A DNA stretch of 64,000 nucleotides from Lama guanicoe (taxonomy: Eukaryota): positions 10,375,231 to 10,439,230 of the forward strand of contig MU054187.1 in assembly GCA_013239625.1 (NCBI GenBank). Reading direction: 5' to 3'. The position numbers and the translations under genes are program-made. Below, in pieces: positions 35,609-49,757 of this stretch. How positions within the stretch are numbered: position 1 is the first letter of the stretch; each line of letters starts with the position of its first letter. A model generated the notes under the pieces. The model was not told the origin of the DNA, searched no databases, and saw nothing but the letters and a program-made list of their open reading frames with translations.

Positions 35609-35954
35609 TGTTGGGAGACACAGTCTTACTGAGCTTCTCGGGTTCCTACGTGTCTTGCTGGGTGTGCCGAGACTGCAAGGCCCCGTTACCTAGGCCATTT
35701 TCTCATGTTTGTTTATGCAGCTGGTAGCCTGTGAGATGAGGTAATGTATCGCCCTTGGACAAGGGGCAGGCTAGCTTGCTTCTTGCTGGAAAAGCAGTGG
35801 ATTCCCCAAGGTCCACTGATACTTGCTGTGCTGTGAGTAACAAAGTCCTTTGTTTCTGACCCAGGATCTTGTGTCTTCTTCTCAGCACCTAGGAAACTGT
35901 TATCGGCTAATTTTGTAGCTTATAAGTGGGATAAAATGAAATTCAGACCTGACA
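35609..35954 (+). mobile_element. MER54-like (ERVL) solo LTR
   Basis: tgttgggagaca...tgtgagtaacaaagtcctttgtttctgacccagga...cagacctgaca. Partial 5-bp TSD gctta/gtcta. Confidence 0.75.
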
Positions 35955-36463
35955 GTCTAGAAAATCCAGTCTAGACTGGATTGCTTTTATATATGTGCCA
36001 TTTTCCCCCAAATAGAAAGTCCATAGAGATCAAGAATGAGTATTCTTTGCATTTTCTTTGGTAAGCTTACACTGAATATACAGTAAGTGTTCACTGGCCG
36101 TGACCACATCAGCTTATACCATGATGAGTGAAGCTTTGATATCAAGACAACAAGGGAATCACTGTGACAGCTGGTAATGCCGCAACAGAACACCACTCCT
36201 TGCTCACTCTTACTCACCCTAACTCATGAAGGAGGTAAGGCCACACTGGGGAGAGGTTTTCCTGTAGGAAACAGATGTGAAGGATTCGACTGTAATGAAG
36301 AGATGCTGAGAATATGGCAGACGTGGTTAACTCCACCCTTCTGTCCCCACCCTAGTGACAAATAGCACCAGGCAGAGCAGTCATTTGCCATGAAGAGGAA
36401 AAGCTCACTTCAGGAAAAGTTAAAAAAAAAAGTTGCTACTTTTTTTACATGAACTGCCTTACT

Positions 36464-36655
36464 TTTAAAAATGGGAGTATAGTTGACTTACTGTATTAGT
36501 TACAGGTGTACAGCATAGTAACTTGATATTTTAAGAGATTATACTCCATGTAAAGTTATTACCAAATACTAATCATATTCTTTGTGCTGTACATTACATC
36601 CTTGTAGGTTCTTTATTTTATATGTAGTAGTTTGTACCTCTGAATCTTCCCCTCA
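36464..36655 (-). mobile_element. LINE-1 3' end fragment
   Basis: ggagtatagttgacttactgtattagttacaggtgtacagcatagt...tgtgctgtacattacatccttgtagg. Confidence 0.85.
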
Positions 36656-39600
36656 GTGTGCTGCAGTGTTTTCTACATTATCTCAACATATTCCCCCTCT
36701 TACTGGACTTGTTAAGGTCCATCAGAATGATTTACATTTTCTTGTGTGGAGAAAATCACCTTTCACTCCCCTGGTATTCACATCAGTTTCCCCTGTCTTC
36801 ACAAGCTTTCTGCTATAGTCATGAAAGGGTGAGAGATTTAGTGTCTGAACTGCTTTGAAGTAAGAGCAGAGACCAGGAACCTCCTTTCCTCTTGACATCT
36901 ATAAAGCTATGATGTGAAGAGAGAAACTCCTGGCCACCTCCAAATTTTTATTAACCTCCAATCCTACACTCTTGCCTGTATTATGTGTCAAATTGCACTA
37001 GAGATATAGAAGGAGATTAGAGAATTTATTTGCAGATTAGAACAATGTCTTGAATGATCGTTTTATGGCTTTGTAAAAGCATCACCTGAAAATGTTGGTG
37101 TTCTTTTAAAATATCATGATTCAACCCTGTATAAATTCATTCAGCTGTATTCAGTTGGCAGCTGCCGTGGAATCATTTAAATTGGCTGATCTTTCCAATG
37201 AGACAGCAGTGGAGTTTGGTGAGAACTTCCATCCACAAGGTGAGGCATGGTGAATATAATCTTCACCAGTGTCATCTTTATTCTTGGGAAATGTAATAGT
37301 TCTCTGTTGATTGTACAAAATTTTCTAAGAGTAATTGAGCTTGCTTTTAGAGCCGTTGTAATAGAAACTATATCCTTAGGGTGATTTGCAATGTTCCAGT
37401 CAGAAGTTCAGCAGCTCCCCATGCCCTGTGGGAGGGAGGCCCAGTGGTTATTTCTGAAGGTCCTCTCTGGCCCGTAAGTCTGTATAAATGGTACCCTATG
37501 TCGCCCTCTACTCTACTGTTTTTCATCATGAAGATGCATGAAACTCTCAGTGGGTCTTGTAGCCTCCATGACTAGCCAGGTAGGAAACATAATAGCCCTC
37601 CTTCTGCTTTCAGATCACCCAAAGATAGAATTTTATCTCTCTCTCTTGCTAGAAATCAGCCTGGAAGTAAACAAAGATTTCCTTTCTCTGGGACCCTCCC
37701 TGATCTAAAATTTCCCCTCTAATTTCCTTCCTCTGTCCAGCTTGAAGCATTTTGTGAAGCATGCGGAAATGGTGTATGGTGGGTGACAGGGAATGTAAGC
37801 TTTGTCTGATTGAAACTTCCGATTTTTCTTCTTTTATATCGGAATCTGGTCTTTTGCCTAAACGCCAGAATTATTGTTAACTTTCCCCTCTGTTTCCTTT
37901 GTTACTCTCCCCAGTTTAGAGCAACCATTGATGCCCTACTTGTCTCAGATATTAAATCTTACAGTCTTTGTCAATAGCAACAAAACATAATCCTCTGTTC
38001 TCACAGAGGCAAAAGCCTTTGGTCAACTTCTTTCTCTTTTTTGTCTGTGTAAAGTTGGTAGTAGGATCCACTAATATTTTTCAATAATTACTTTATTTGG
38101 GCTTGGGTGAGGACTAAAACTTCATAGCTGTAGAAAACTTTCCTTCAGGAAAATTTGAAATCCTTGGACTATATTCTGTTTCAATTTTTCCTGTCATCTT
38201 AACCTTTTCTGGAGAATAATGAAGGTAATGAAAGTCATGAGAAATAGTAAAAAAATCAAAACCAAAGCCAAAAAAACCCAATAACTAACATTTTTATCCA
38301 CTTACATGGCAACTGACCAACATGTTAAAAAAGTTTCAGGAATGTGCCTCTTGATGTGAATAAAACCTTATTTGTGATTTGCAATTTTTTTTTTGTTGGA
38401 CATAAGTTATTTGTAAGTTCATGTCTGTGGAATCATGAAAGTCTTCATAAATATAAAATGGTACCCTGGGGATAAAAATAAACCCAGAGAAACAAATGCA
38501 GGCACCTCACAATCCCAGATGGTCTCTCAGTCTTACACTCGTTACCGCCTTTGAAAGCAGTACCTCAGGAGCCTGAAGGAAGGAGGAGGAGGAGAGATAC
38601 ATGTGGAGTGAGACAAAGTATTTATTGTGTCAGAAATTGGGTGGGGAGAGATAGGGGAGAGTGACCTGGATTAGCACTAGGAAGAGAACAGCCAGGATGA
38701 GCATAAAGGAAGGATGAGGAAAGAAAGGTGAGCACTGACACATGGGGGCTCTTGAAAGACCCGCGTAGAATGAATGGGTGAGGGCGGGGCACAGGGGCCT
38801 CTCTTACGCGCTTTCAAATGGCTGGAGCGAGCGTTGCAGCGTTAGCTGACCTGGGTCTTTGGTTTTTCAAGGATGCTCCATCACTCTGCCACTTGCGCGG
38901 CTTTAGCAGCCTCCCCACCCTCCAGAATCTATAGGCATTCATGTTCCTGTTCTAGTGTCTGCTGCAAAATTGTTGAAAACCAGATGTGGGGTCCTGCTAT
39001 ATTCTAAGAAATTGAAAACACCTCAGATCCACAGGGATAAGGAGCCTTCGTAGCAAGTTAACATCCTGGAAGACGTTCTAATGTTGCAATTCAAACAACT
39101 GCTTCATCAGAAGCAACTGACCAGCTTGACCCTTGCTATAAATGATCGTCCAATAAGGCTGTTATAGGAACAGTGTTTCGTCTTTGACTTCTCCATCCAT
39201 TGACACAAGCCCATGCTTTGTAATGTGTAACCCATCTCACCTGATGAGTGCCTAGTTAAATGACTTTTCAACATATCTTGAGAAGTTATATTACTTTTTA
39301 GACAACGGCTCTTTCTTCCCCCAGAATCACGAGATTTTTGTCACAAAACACACTGAATAAACACGCAATACAAAGTGGTATTTCAACAGTATGATTTCAG
39401 GCAAAGCTATGCTTACCAATTCACTCAAAGCAAGTTTTCATCAGAAAATAGCATGCAGAACAAATTTAAATTGCACACTGGGAAGGATGCACCCAAAATG
39501 TTTTCCTTTGTGTACGTAAGACAGGCATGAGGATGAAAGGCAGCTTCTCCAGCTAGTTATTCACGTGGGCTCTTCTGAAGTGTTTTGAAGTGTTCTCATG

Positions 39601-39904
39601 GTTATTTAGTCTTTATTTTGACCTGAAGGTACGTTTCTGTGCTATAATTTCAAGCGTAGACTTGAGTACTGGGCAACCAAGAGCCCCAGAATGGTTAAAA
39701 ATTTGGCAAAGAGAATGATGCAGGAAGAATACATCTTCCAAGGAATATCTTTCTCGCACTGTTCCTCTACCATCCACCATCCACTAGAAATCTTTGATCA
39801 CATTACGGTACATTTTAAATGTAAAGTATTTACTTACTTTAATCTGTTTTTTTTAATTAATTACAAGAAGTTATTTTTTATTGTTCCATTTATATTTTTC
39901 CAAG

Positions 39905-40100
39905 AATACTTAGACTGGGTGTCTTGGGTTTTGGTCTCTGATAAAAACATCATAATTTTTCGTATTAAACTTAATGAAATTTTATTTAACCTTGGTCAAG
40001 TTACTTCATTTCTCTGAGCCTTTCTTTCCTCTTCATAACATGGGGCTAGTAAAAATCTGCCCCTGTGGATAGCATGAGGTTTAAAAAATAAATACATAAA
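39905..40100 (+). mobile_element. MIR fragment
   Basis: aaccttggtcaagttacttcatttctctgagcctttctttcctc...atggggcta. Confidence 0.7.
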
Positions 40101-41759
40101 AATAATAAACTCTATGAGTAAATAGTTTCAAGCACTTCAGCAGCATTTATTTATAAAATGATAAACTTCACACTAAGAATAAAGCATTCTTATTGTATGC
40201 ATTCAGTCAGCTCTAAAATATATGAGGTATTAAAACTATTCTTTGAAAACAAAAAAATTAAATGTAATGGACTTTTCCCCCCATTTATTGGCTCTTCACT
40301 TGATGGCAGCATTTCACAAATGAATTAAAGTCATTAAGCAAAAGTATACATCTGGTGTCATAAAAGGGATGAGTAAATTACAGTCCCAGCCTTGAAGGAA
40401 TTTGCAATCTTTTAGAGGAGATGAATAGATTTGTACTTCAGAGTATGCAACACGTAAAGATTCATGCAAACTATAAAGAAACAGGACAGATTTTTAAAAG
40501 TAAGCATGTCTGAGCTTACACATCAAAACTAGTATTGTCTCCTTTAAGAAATTTGTGGAAAGTATACACGGTCATTTCTCAAAAGCTTACTTGATTGAAA
40601 AACGAATTGTGCTGATAAAGTAATGGGAATGGGGTCACAGAGAGGCACGGGGGTGTGAAATCCCGGAATGTAGATCATCGGTTTCTCTAAAGCGGTGACA
40701 GTCCTCAAGAGACACTTTCCATGATCTGCTCAGAGGAGGATGTCCTCCCTTCAACAGTTGCTACTGAAGACAATAACAAGACTCAGAATAGCTGACAGAA
40801 AAGAGCACCTGATGGCTAAACCTGCTCAGGAAGTTAGGTCAGGCCCAGACCCCACGCTGTGCACATGTTCGCAGTAAGACACAACCAAACACAGAAAGTG
40901 ACTTTGAATAATGAGTTGAACAGACTCATTCTAGAAGATGCATATTCCTTTCTCTGCTGAAAACTGTTGTGAGGGTGGTGGTGTGGCAGTGAGGGGTAGT
41001 CTAGTATCTTCTTATTCAGCAAAAGCGAGCATTTGCAGATGATGTTCGTGGGCGTTCGAGAACATTCAGGGGGACATAGATGGCAAGAGCAGGAAGGCTG
41101 GTCAACTCTGTGTGCTTGAGGGGGGTCTGCAGTCAACCATGAGCATTGCTACAAGTCAACGGCCACTCTGTGTGGACCAGGTTGAGATTCAAAATAAGTG
41201 AGACTGAGGGTAACACTGAACCAAGACATGACAAGGTTCCAGATGGGTTTGCTGGTCCTCTGACCAGGCTCTGCAGCCTGCCCTATGGCGATACATGGAG
41301 AGTTAGCACTAGTGCCGTGTATAGACACGCTTGTAGATTACCTGTGTACTTTGGTATGTTTATTCTATAATATGAGTTGATTTCTATTTCAACCATTTAT
41401 CCTTTTTTTTGTCCCAAGTTAAAAAAAATACCCTATAGGTTTGGTTAAGGGGAAGTTCTTGAATTGAGTGGACATTGTATTTCTGATCCTAATGGACATG
41501 GTATATTCATACATCCTGTTCTGATGGTAAGCAGATATAATATCGATCCCTTTATAGAGTGAAAAGATCAACTAAGTAAACATTCTTGTATTAGTCAGGT
41601 ACCATTACACCAGGATTGTCCATGGTTAGTGATTAAATTTTTTTTACCCCCAAAATTGATATAGGGAGATTTCTTTAGCACTATACCGGCATATACCTCT
41701 ATTTCAACGTATAATCTCAGTCCTAAATTGATCACGGCAGGGAGACTAAGATTCTGAAT

Positions 41760-42232
41760 GTCCCCGCTGGGGCTGGTTGTGAGTGTGCCTCTCCTGACAT
41801 ATTGTTGGCCCTTCTCCATCCTGCTCCATGCCCCAAGAAAACCTGGAAAGACTGCCGTATCCAGGCTCATCCACCCTCTGGCTTTTAGTTGGGTTTGACA
41901 AATGCAAATCAGGGGATTGGAGAGGAGGAGGAGGTTAGAGCCTTTACCCCTGCCGCTCCCTGCCTGGGAGTGGCTTCACAGTGGCTGCATTCCTTTACCT
42001 ACTGGCCTCAGCAAGTGTCAGGTGGCTTCTCTGCCAGGGTTACAGCTCTTCCAGGGTTACAGCTCCAGGACAGCTCCCTCCCCTGCTCCTTCAGGTCTAG
42101 GAGTAGCCACAGGACTTCCTGCTGTTGCCTCAGCATCCTTTGCTGGTTCCTTGTCCTCTGCAATCAGTCTCTACATCAAACTCTTTTCAGTTCCCCCTTT
42201 TCAATGAACCATAGGTTTCCTGCCTGAAATAC
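41760..42232 (+). mobile_element. LTR33-like ERVL LTR
   Basis: ccctctggcttttagttgggtttgacaaatg...ctccttcaggtctaggagtagccacag...atcaaactcttttcagtt...tttcctgcc. Confidence 0.7.
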
Positions 42233-43899
42233 ATGTCTGTCATGCATTATTTTCTCATACATTATTGTATTTAATTCCCACAACACTGCGATGAGAGTTA
42301 TCACTCTAAAGGTCACAAAACAGGATTATACGACTAAAAACTTGGAACATAGATTTAAATCTAGATTTGACTGACACCAAGCCCTTGCTCCATCCACTGT
42401 TTGTACTTCCCTCCTAGAGGGTTTGTTGGTATTTACTTAGCACCATCGTATATAAACTTACAATTATGTTCCCATTTTACAAATGAGAAACAGAATCAAA
42501 ACCACCTATTCCGAACCCCTTCCCGCTGAGACACACACAAATACATTTTACTGTCCACACTATCATGATTTTACTCTGTCACTGTCTTCACCACAATGTC
42601 TCAACTATTGTAGGAAATTTTTGTCCAGAGAGATAAAACCTTAAAAATGACTTCAATGTTCCTTTCAGGAACTTCCTGAAAAATCCATTTATAATGAACG
42701 TAACTCTGTTTGGCTTTTCAATAGCTATATCAAACAACTCTTTGCTAAGACTCTTCCATACCCTTGCCTCAAAGCCCTCATTTTGCAGTGGTCACCAATC
42801 CTCAAGCGTTCTACTACGATCTTATGCAATCCTAGTCCCCCACCCCTTGCATTGGAAGACTTGCCTTAAACCAAACCCTCCAGCCTCATAAACACCACAA
42901 CTTTGCTCTCTCCCCTCCAGATGCTACTACTGCATCAACATCTCTCCCATCTTACTGAGATAAGCAAGAAACTCAGATTTACCTTTTAAATAGGTTATTT
43001 TGTTGACATTTCCAAGGATCTAGCCTTTGACAGCACTAATATTTATAAACAACTAGTTGCCCAAGTTCATCAAGATAGGAAGAGGTGGGCCTGAGAGTCA
43101 AACCTAGGAGGTCTGACCCCAGAGCCCTGTCATAAATAGCACGTTCTTTTGCCTCCAGTAGGCTACAATATCAAAGGGAAATACGCCAAATTAGCAGCAC
43201 AAAAGTTACCACTTGGTCCCTAGAATGTTTAACGCAGTCCTTGGTGGCTTGCCTAGTAGAGAATTATTATTTTTTTTTTTAGCTATTCAGAAATAAGATG
43301 ACTAAATAGTCTTTTTTTTTCACATTTTCCAAAGCTTGAATTTTTTAGACTTTTGTCAACTGATTTACAAGTATGTCATATAGGTAATTAGCAAAAGTGA
43401 TGGCATTTCTTTATAGCATCACCTTGTCCCACAAAAATGTTCAGTTGTGTTTTTATCATTACAGAAAAGTAAAAAAAGGGGTTTTCCTTCACATGGTATT
43501 ATTAACCAAAGTGCCCACTTCTGAGTTGTTTTCACTGTGCAGCACAGATTATTTTATCACCTAAATAGAAGAGAGAAGAACCTCACTTTTTCTTTAAAAA
43601 TAAAGCCATTATAATAAAAATGCACACTTTAATAAAGCAGTATATGACTTTATTCTTGAGATACCAAAGGGTGTATCCCAGAGAGACTAGAGTGAGAATT
43701 AAAAATTTTAAATTACATATTTGAAGGCAATCATATACAAGAAACTAATGAATATAACCAAAAGAAATCAAGAAAGTTTCTAGAAAGTTCTGGAAGTGGA
43801 TCCTCTTCCTCTTCTTGTTTATTTTGTTTTTCATGATGCTCTGTGTCCTTTGGGGACTTGAATAAACCTGGTGCAAAAAGATGTTAATGCTTAACGTCC

Positions 43900-44580
43900 T
43901 TTTAGCCTGATGATAGCAGGGAACAGTCTCTAAGCAGACTACCACTGAGCTGCCCCTCCCAGTTGATCGAGCCTCTCCCATCTGTCTGTGATTGTACTGA
44001 CTGACTCCCACAGCAACCTGACCTTCTCTGCTGCTGCACGGCTCCGCCTTCTGCCCACGTACTTGTGCCCCCACCGGGTGAACTGAATGCTTCCCAGACT
44101 CAGTTGTGTCCCATTCCCAACCTTGTCATTGTAATAACATAACAACTATGTTACACAACTTGACAACTACATACTACACAAGATGACTAGTTTTAAAATA
44201 AAAATGCTGTTGCTATGAAAACTAAATTAAATGCTTCAGAAAGCAAATTGCTCTTTAAAAATGGGATCAGATCAAATTAACTACAAAGAATTGGGAGAAA
44301 AAACTTAAAAGGTCTAGAAAAAATTTTGCTCTTAGATGTAAGTTCCTTCTTCACTTAAGGAAACAGACACCAGAAAAAGTATAAGATGAATTATGAGTAT
44401 AGTTTTGTGAAAAAGACCATCTGGAACTCTAATCACCAGATTCACTCAAAGAAAATGCTTTGTGTCTACTACAAAAGATAGGTAAATGCACTTTTATGTT
44501 TGATGTGAAATGAAAATTTCCTGTTCTCTATGTATTTCTTTTATGATTGTCTAATATGACTGACATTTTTTGATTGATCA
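43900..44580 (+). mobile_element. Ancient Tigger-like element with a decayed CENP-B-type HTH remnant
   Basis: 44355-44480 reads LRKQTPEKV*DEL*V*F...SGTLI...KENAL, matching the pogo/Tigger pattern LE.VEDALW.WF...G.PISG..LKEKA. Confidence 0.55.
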
Positions 44581-44582
44581 GC

Positions 44583-44998
44583 TGTGATGGTTAATTTTAT
44601 GTCAGTTTGACTAGGCTATGGAGTGCCCAGATATTTGGTCAAACATTATTCTGGGCATGTCTGTGAGGATGTTTTTGGATGAGTTGAACATTTGATCAGG
44701 TGTGCTGAGTAAAGCAGAGTCCCTCCCTAATGTGAGTTTATGGTCCTATCAGTAGAAGACCTGATTAGAACAGAAAGGCTGACCCTCTGATTAGTAGTGA
44801 CTACTGGAGCTGGAATGTCAGCCTTTCCTGCCTTCACACTCATACTAAAACATCAGCTCTTCTTGTGTCTTAAGCCCGCCAGCTTCTGGCCTGGAACTTA
44901 CACATTTAGCTCTCCTGGTTCTTAGGCCTTTGGACCAGCACAGGAACCATCGACTCTCCTAGGTCTTCAGCTTGTTGACTGCTGATCTGGGGACTTGA
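44583..44998 (+). mobile_element. MLT2C/D (ERVL) LTR
   Basis: Starts tgtgatggttaattttatgtcagtttgactaggct...tgcccagatatttggtcaaacattattctggg. Confidence 0.9.
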
Positions 44999-44999
44999 A

Positions 45000-47015
45000 C
45001 ATTTGGAGATGGCAAAAAGAAGAAAATCAAGCAAAAAAGACTGAAGACTAGATGATGAAGAGAAAAACCAGGAGAATATGGTATTATTCAACCCCCTCCA
45101 AAAGAGAATTTCAAGAAGGAGTGGCCACTTGTATTAAATGTTGAAAAATCAAAGAGTATGAGATCAAGGTATTTTCCCAGTGTATATGGCAGCATAGAGG
45201 TTGGTTGTGACTTTTATATGAGTAATTTTACTGGAGTGGTAAGAATGGAAGAGAGATGATAAGGATTGAAGAGACAATTGTAATTCTGGTTAACAATGAA
45301 TACTGGGCACAAGTCTTACTTGTGCCCTAGTTTATAACACCACTGAAAAGACAGCAGAAGAAAAGAAGCAATGAACCCAGATGACCAAAAGAGCTACACA
45401 GAAGACAACAGCAGATAAGAAACATCGACAAGCTTTTAATAGACAGGAAATGGGCTGACCAAGGGTAACTGACATAGTCTAGAAAAAGGGAAACGTGAAT
45501 ATAGTAGTGTGAGGGGCAGGCAGACAAAGGACAAGATGATTCATGACTCAGAACTCTGGAAGAACTTGGAAATTCGAAGTGTTCGAGAAAACAGAAAATG
45601 CAAGAAGGATCAAGAAACTTTAAAAATATTTTAATAGTATCCTCGAAGAGTTACAAGATGATGTTGCATTCACAAGGCAAGAACAGAATGTTGTAAAAAA
45701 TGAATTATCAAAGCACAAGAATATGTTGTTGGATATTTAAAACATACAAGAACTTAGCAAATCAATAGAAGACCAAGTCAAGAAAATTCCTGAAAACAAA
45801 TGGAAAAGAAATGGCTAAAAGGAGAAGAAAGTTAAAACAAATTCAGAAGATCTGAATACTTAGAGTTCTAGACAGGAAAGAGATAGGAAAACATGAGAAT
45901 TTTGGGAACTGAAGGTCATGAGTTTCTGGATTAAAGTGGCCCATTCAATGTCCAGCCATATACATAAAAAGACAGTTCAAAGATGAAAAAATAATCCTAG
46001 AAGATTCTAGATAGAAAAAAACCTGATCACATACAGAAGATAGATTCTAAATGTCATTCGTAGGGAATCTGAACAGCATTTGGAAGCCTTGAGTTGTAGG
46101 GAAAAGCACATCCAATGTAGGGGAAAGCCGAAGAGAATTCCCAGATGACAGAGAAATCCCTGCATGACAGCTGTGTAGCAGGGAAAGAGATGTGGGATGA
46201 GTCAAGAGCCTTGATGCCTGGGAAACCTGATTGAACAGGACTGGAAGGCATGAAGAATTCACTACCAGCAGGAAGGTGGACAGTCAGCCTGGTGCTGACT
46301 TAGCCCTGGGGTTGGGAGCTTTGGCCAGCTGCTCCTTGCTCCTGCAGCTCTACTGAGGCAGGCAGGTGAGGCTCTAAGCTGGTGGAAGTGTGTGCCTGGG
46401 CTACCCAGCAGAAGTCAACCCCACCCACAAAATACAATCTTCTCTCTTGTCTTATTTATTTACTTTTTGAAAGCTTTCTTGGATGTAACCTCCAATTTCA
46501 CTGAGAATTTTCTAAGAATTTCATTGAGAATCAACTATTCTACAACAGACTTGACCCTCAGTAATTGCAGGCTACATTGACTGTGACTATTACATGACAA
46601 GAGATTTTCAAGCACTTGGTGATTTTCCTCTGAGACTAAGTCACTCACTTGTATTACGTGTCTCATTTAGGTATTGGATTTATATTTTTAACAGTTGGCA
46701 CCAGAATGCCTTTTGGGGAGGAAACTGTCTTTGAGGAAATGACTTGATTAGCCCCTGGGTAGAAGGTGGAGATCTGTGGAGTGCGATGTTTAACAAGTCA
46801 AAGCGACAAAAGAGTTTGGTTAAATTGCTTTTAGGAGAGAATTAGAGAGGAGTTTCTTTTGTTTCTGGGAAGGCGAGGTAGGTAGAGAGGGAAGCAATGA
46901 AGGGAGGAAAGAAAGCGGAGATTAGGAAAAGGGATTTATGGGATGTGCTGAGGATGGGAGGTAAGCGGTCAGTGGAAGAAGCAGGGCGCCTGATGGATTT
47001 TCTATGAAGAGAAAC
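45000..47015 (+). mobile_element. Patchwork of L2 fragments (about 45000-45290 and 46700-47015) and an old L1M ORF1-region fragment (about 45500-46090)
   Basis: L2 text tttcaagaaggagtggccacttgtattaaatgttg, plus A-rich L1 ORF1-like text (ggattaaagtggcccattcaatgtccag). Confidence 0.5.
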
Positions 47016-47654
47016 TGCATTTCTACCACCAAACTCACTATTCTGCTGGTCCATCCGTACTAAATCTTAAAGCATCTCACACTCACAAATGTGCATGCAG
47101 ACTGGCTTGAGGATAGAGATGATTTTTATGCCTCAGTCAACTGGATGTTAGAGACAGCAGGGCCCAGAAGTTTGAACCCAGAAACAGATTTGACCTTCGA
47201 AATTGTCCTTGAAGAATGGGAAGGCTTTGGATTTCTACACTGTGCAAAACAAGAGTTGAAGCCTGGACCTGTTTAGATCTAAAAAGAGTAGGAGACCCCA
47301 GCTGATATGTAGATTACACTTCTAGGAATACCTCACTAACAGGACAAAGTCTTAAGTGTGCTTTTTTCTTTTTTTTTTTTTTAAGTGGCTGGTTTCCTCT
47401 CATATTATTTTAACCTAAAGTGTGTTCAGTACAAGCCACAGCTTGGTTTTCATTTAGTTACTTTCAGAAAACCCTGTGTGAAATTAATTACACTTAATGA
47501 CTGGTATGCTTTTTTGTGAGTTTCCCATGCTTCAAAAATGAGGCCAGTTCCGTATTAAATAAGGCTTTAAAAATCTGATTCTATTCTGCACAGTGTGCAG
47601 TGTCTCCCTTATTTTGTGACGCTTGGTATCACTTAGATTTGTTCTCTGTCCACT

Positions 47655-47810
47655 CTGTCTGTCTATCTTTTTGTCTAGCCATCTATCTATTATTATCCAT
47701 CTATCATCTTTCTATTATCTATCCATCTAACCATCCATTCATCCATCTATCATCTATTATCTCTCTCTCTCTCTCTCCATCTAGTTTTTCCTGTTATCTG
47801 TCCATTATCC
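47655..47810. repeat. Degenerate (TCTA/TCCA)n tetranucleotide repeat
   Basis: Directly visible in the sequence. Confidence 0.85.
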
Positions 47811-48569
47811 AGTTTTTTTTTCTTTGTAGCTAGAAATTCCATTTCTTGGTAGGAAGCCTTCAGAACGCAGAAGTGAAATTATAGCTTAACTGATCTTGCG
47901 TATCCTTTTCCTATTTCTTGTTCTTCCCTGTCATTTTTTTACTAGACGGATTTTCTTTTCTGCTGACTCTCATAGATTAATTTTAAAGACTCCTCTGTGT
48001 TAGTTCAAAGATCTTCTGTAGCTAACATTGCTTCCATGTGCTTCTGATCAAATCTGTCTCCATAATGAAGCCCACCTCTGTTAACATTAACTGATTTAAA
48101 AAAAATACCAGACAGCATTATTTTACTTTTCTTTATCTCCAATATCAGGCATATTTTTTTAATAAGCTGATACATATCACTGCATTTATCAGAACATGTC
48201 TGTGATAACACCTTCTTTTCTGAACTAACCCATCATTTGTTTGGAATGTCTCTGTCCGACTTCTTGACTTGGAAGTTAAACAGCTAGTGAATCTATTCCT
48301 GGAGCAGAATGAGCTTCTGTCAAGCAGAGTTTCTAGCCTCCCTTTATTTCCTATTCCTCCCTATTTCAAGGTTTAGTTCATTTGCAAAACAGAACACAAA
48401 AATCCTATTCAACCACCACCAGGTAATATTGTTAAATAGCTAGTTATTTAGCTGGGATAATCAATGATAAAGAAGAAGGAAAAAATAAGAATAATATTAT
48501 CTCTTCTCCAGTCCTTGCATTGTCAACAGATACACTTATTCTCTATTTTCTGGGAAAAAAAATTGAAGC

Positions 48570-49310
48570 TGCCAGAGGAAATGCCTTCCTTTCCCCATAT
48601 GAGCAATAGACCTGCCAACCTCTGCCCCATCCTCTCCTGTCCGTTCCAGGAGTTCCTTTTTTCAAGGGCCAACATCTCTATGGGTACTTGGGATCCCATC
48701 CTTGCTCATCTAAAAAACATTACCCTTCTGATTGTTTCTTCCTCCTGTATTTTCAGTTTTGACCCATCCCATCAGCATTTCAATATGTTCTAATCTTTAT
48801 CCCATCATAAAAATATTCTCAACCCAACACCCCCTTCCTACAACTGTTTCGGGGCTGTCCTGCTTTTCACAGCCAAACCTATCAAAAAGTCCTCTATGTT
48901 CATTGCCTCTGCTCTGCCACATTCTGTTTGTCCCTGCGCACCCTCCATCTGGCTTTGAACCCATGATTCTACCAAAATGAGTCTCAAAAATCACCAGAGA
49001 CATTTGTTATTAAGCCATACGGACACTCTGGTGCTTTTATGTCACCTAGGGTCTCATTCTTATTGGACACAGTTGACCATATTTCCTTCTGTAAAGCACA
49101 GCACCCGTGGCTTCCTTAGCACACGCTCCTCTGCTTTTACACTTATTTCTCTGGCCTCCTTCTCAGTCTTCTTTTCTAGATCTTTCTTCCACTGTTTGAT
49201 TTCATCTCTTTGTGGCAGCTGCTCAGGGCTTGATCCATCTTCCTCTCCTTATTCTGTCTCTTTCACGCACTCACACATTCGCAGAGGTTTTACTTCCCAT
49301 CTTTTCCCCA
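48570..49310. mobile_element. L2 body fragment
   Basis: C/T-rich L2 text: tcaagggccaacatctctatgggtacttgggatcccatcc, cttttcacagccaaac and ggacacagttgacca. Confidence 0.75.
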
Positions 49311-49757
49311 AAAGTGTAAATGCCACTGAATGTAAGGAAGGTTCTGGTGGTTCCTATTTCTCGAGAGCCTTTCTCTCTCTGCTCGAGGAGAGAGCTTCTC
49401 AGAAAGGGGTGTGTGCTGCTGCTGAAACTTTGTCGTCTGCTCATGGACAAATAAAATGAAGACTTCTTTAACAGATCGTGAGCTCTTTGGGGAATTTTGA
49501 TAGATTCATAATTGAGTGTGATAGCACTCAAACCTTCTTTGGTTTGTTTTTTAAGTTCTTATTTTAGCTTCAGAAAGGCTAATTCTTACATTGGATTGTT
49601 GCTTATTTCTTTCCAAGGAGAGGACCATTTCTAGGCCCTTGATGATATGACTTATTTTTATTACCAGGATACTTGATAACCATCTTACTTTTTTTCAGGC
49701 ATTACTTAATTAAGATTAGCTCTCTGTTGGAAGAACTATCTAAAGTATTTACTCTAG

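Noticed and set aside
48977..49459. 160-aa plus-strand ORF
   Set aside because: It lies mostly in a C/T-rich L2 remnant. The Ser/Leu/Phe bias follows from base composition.
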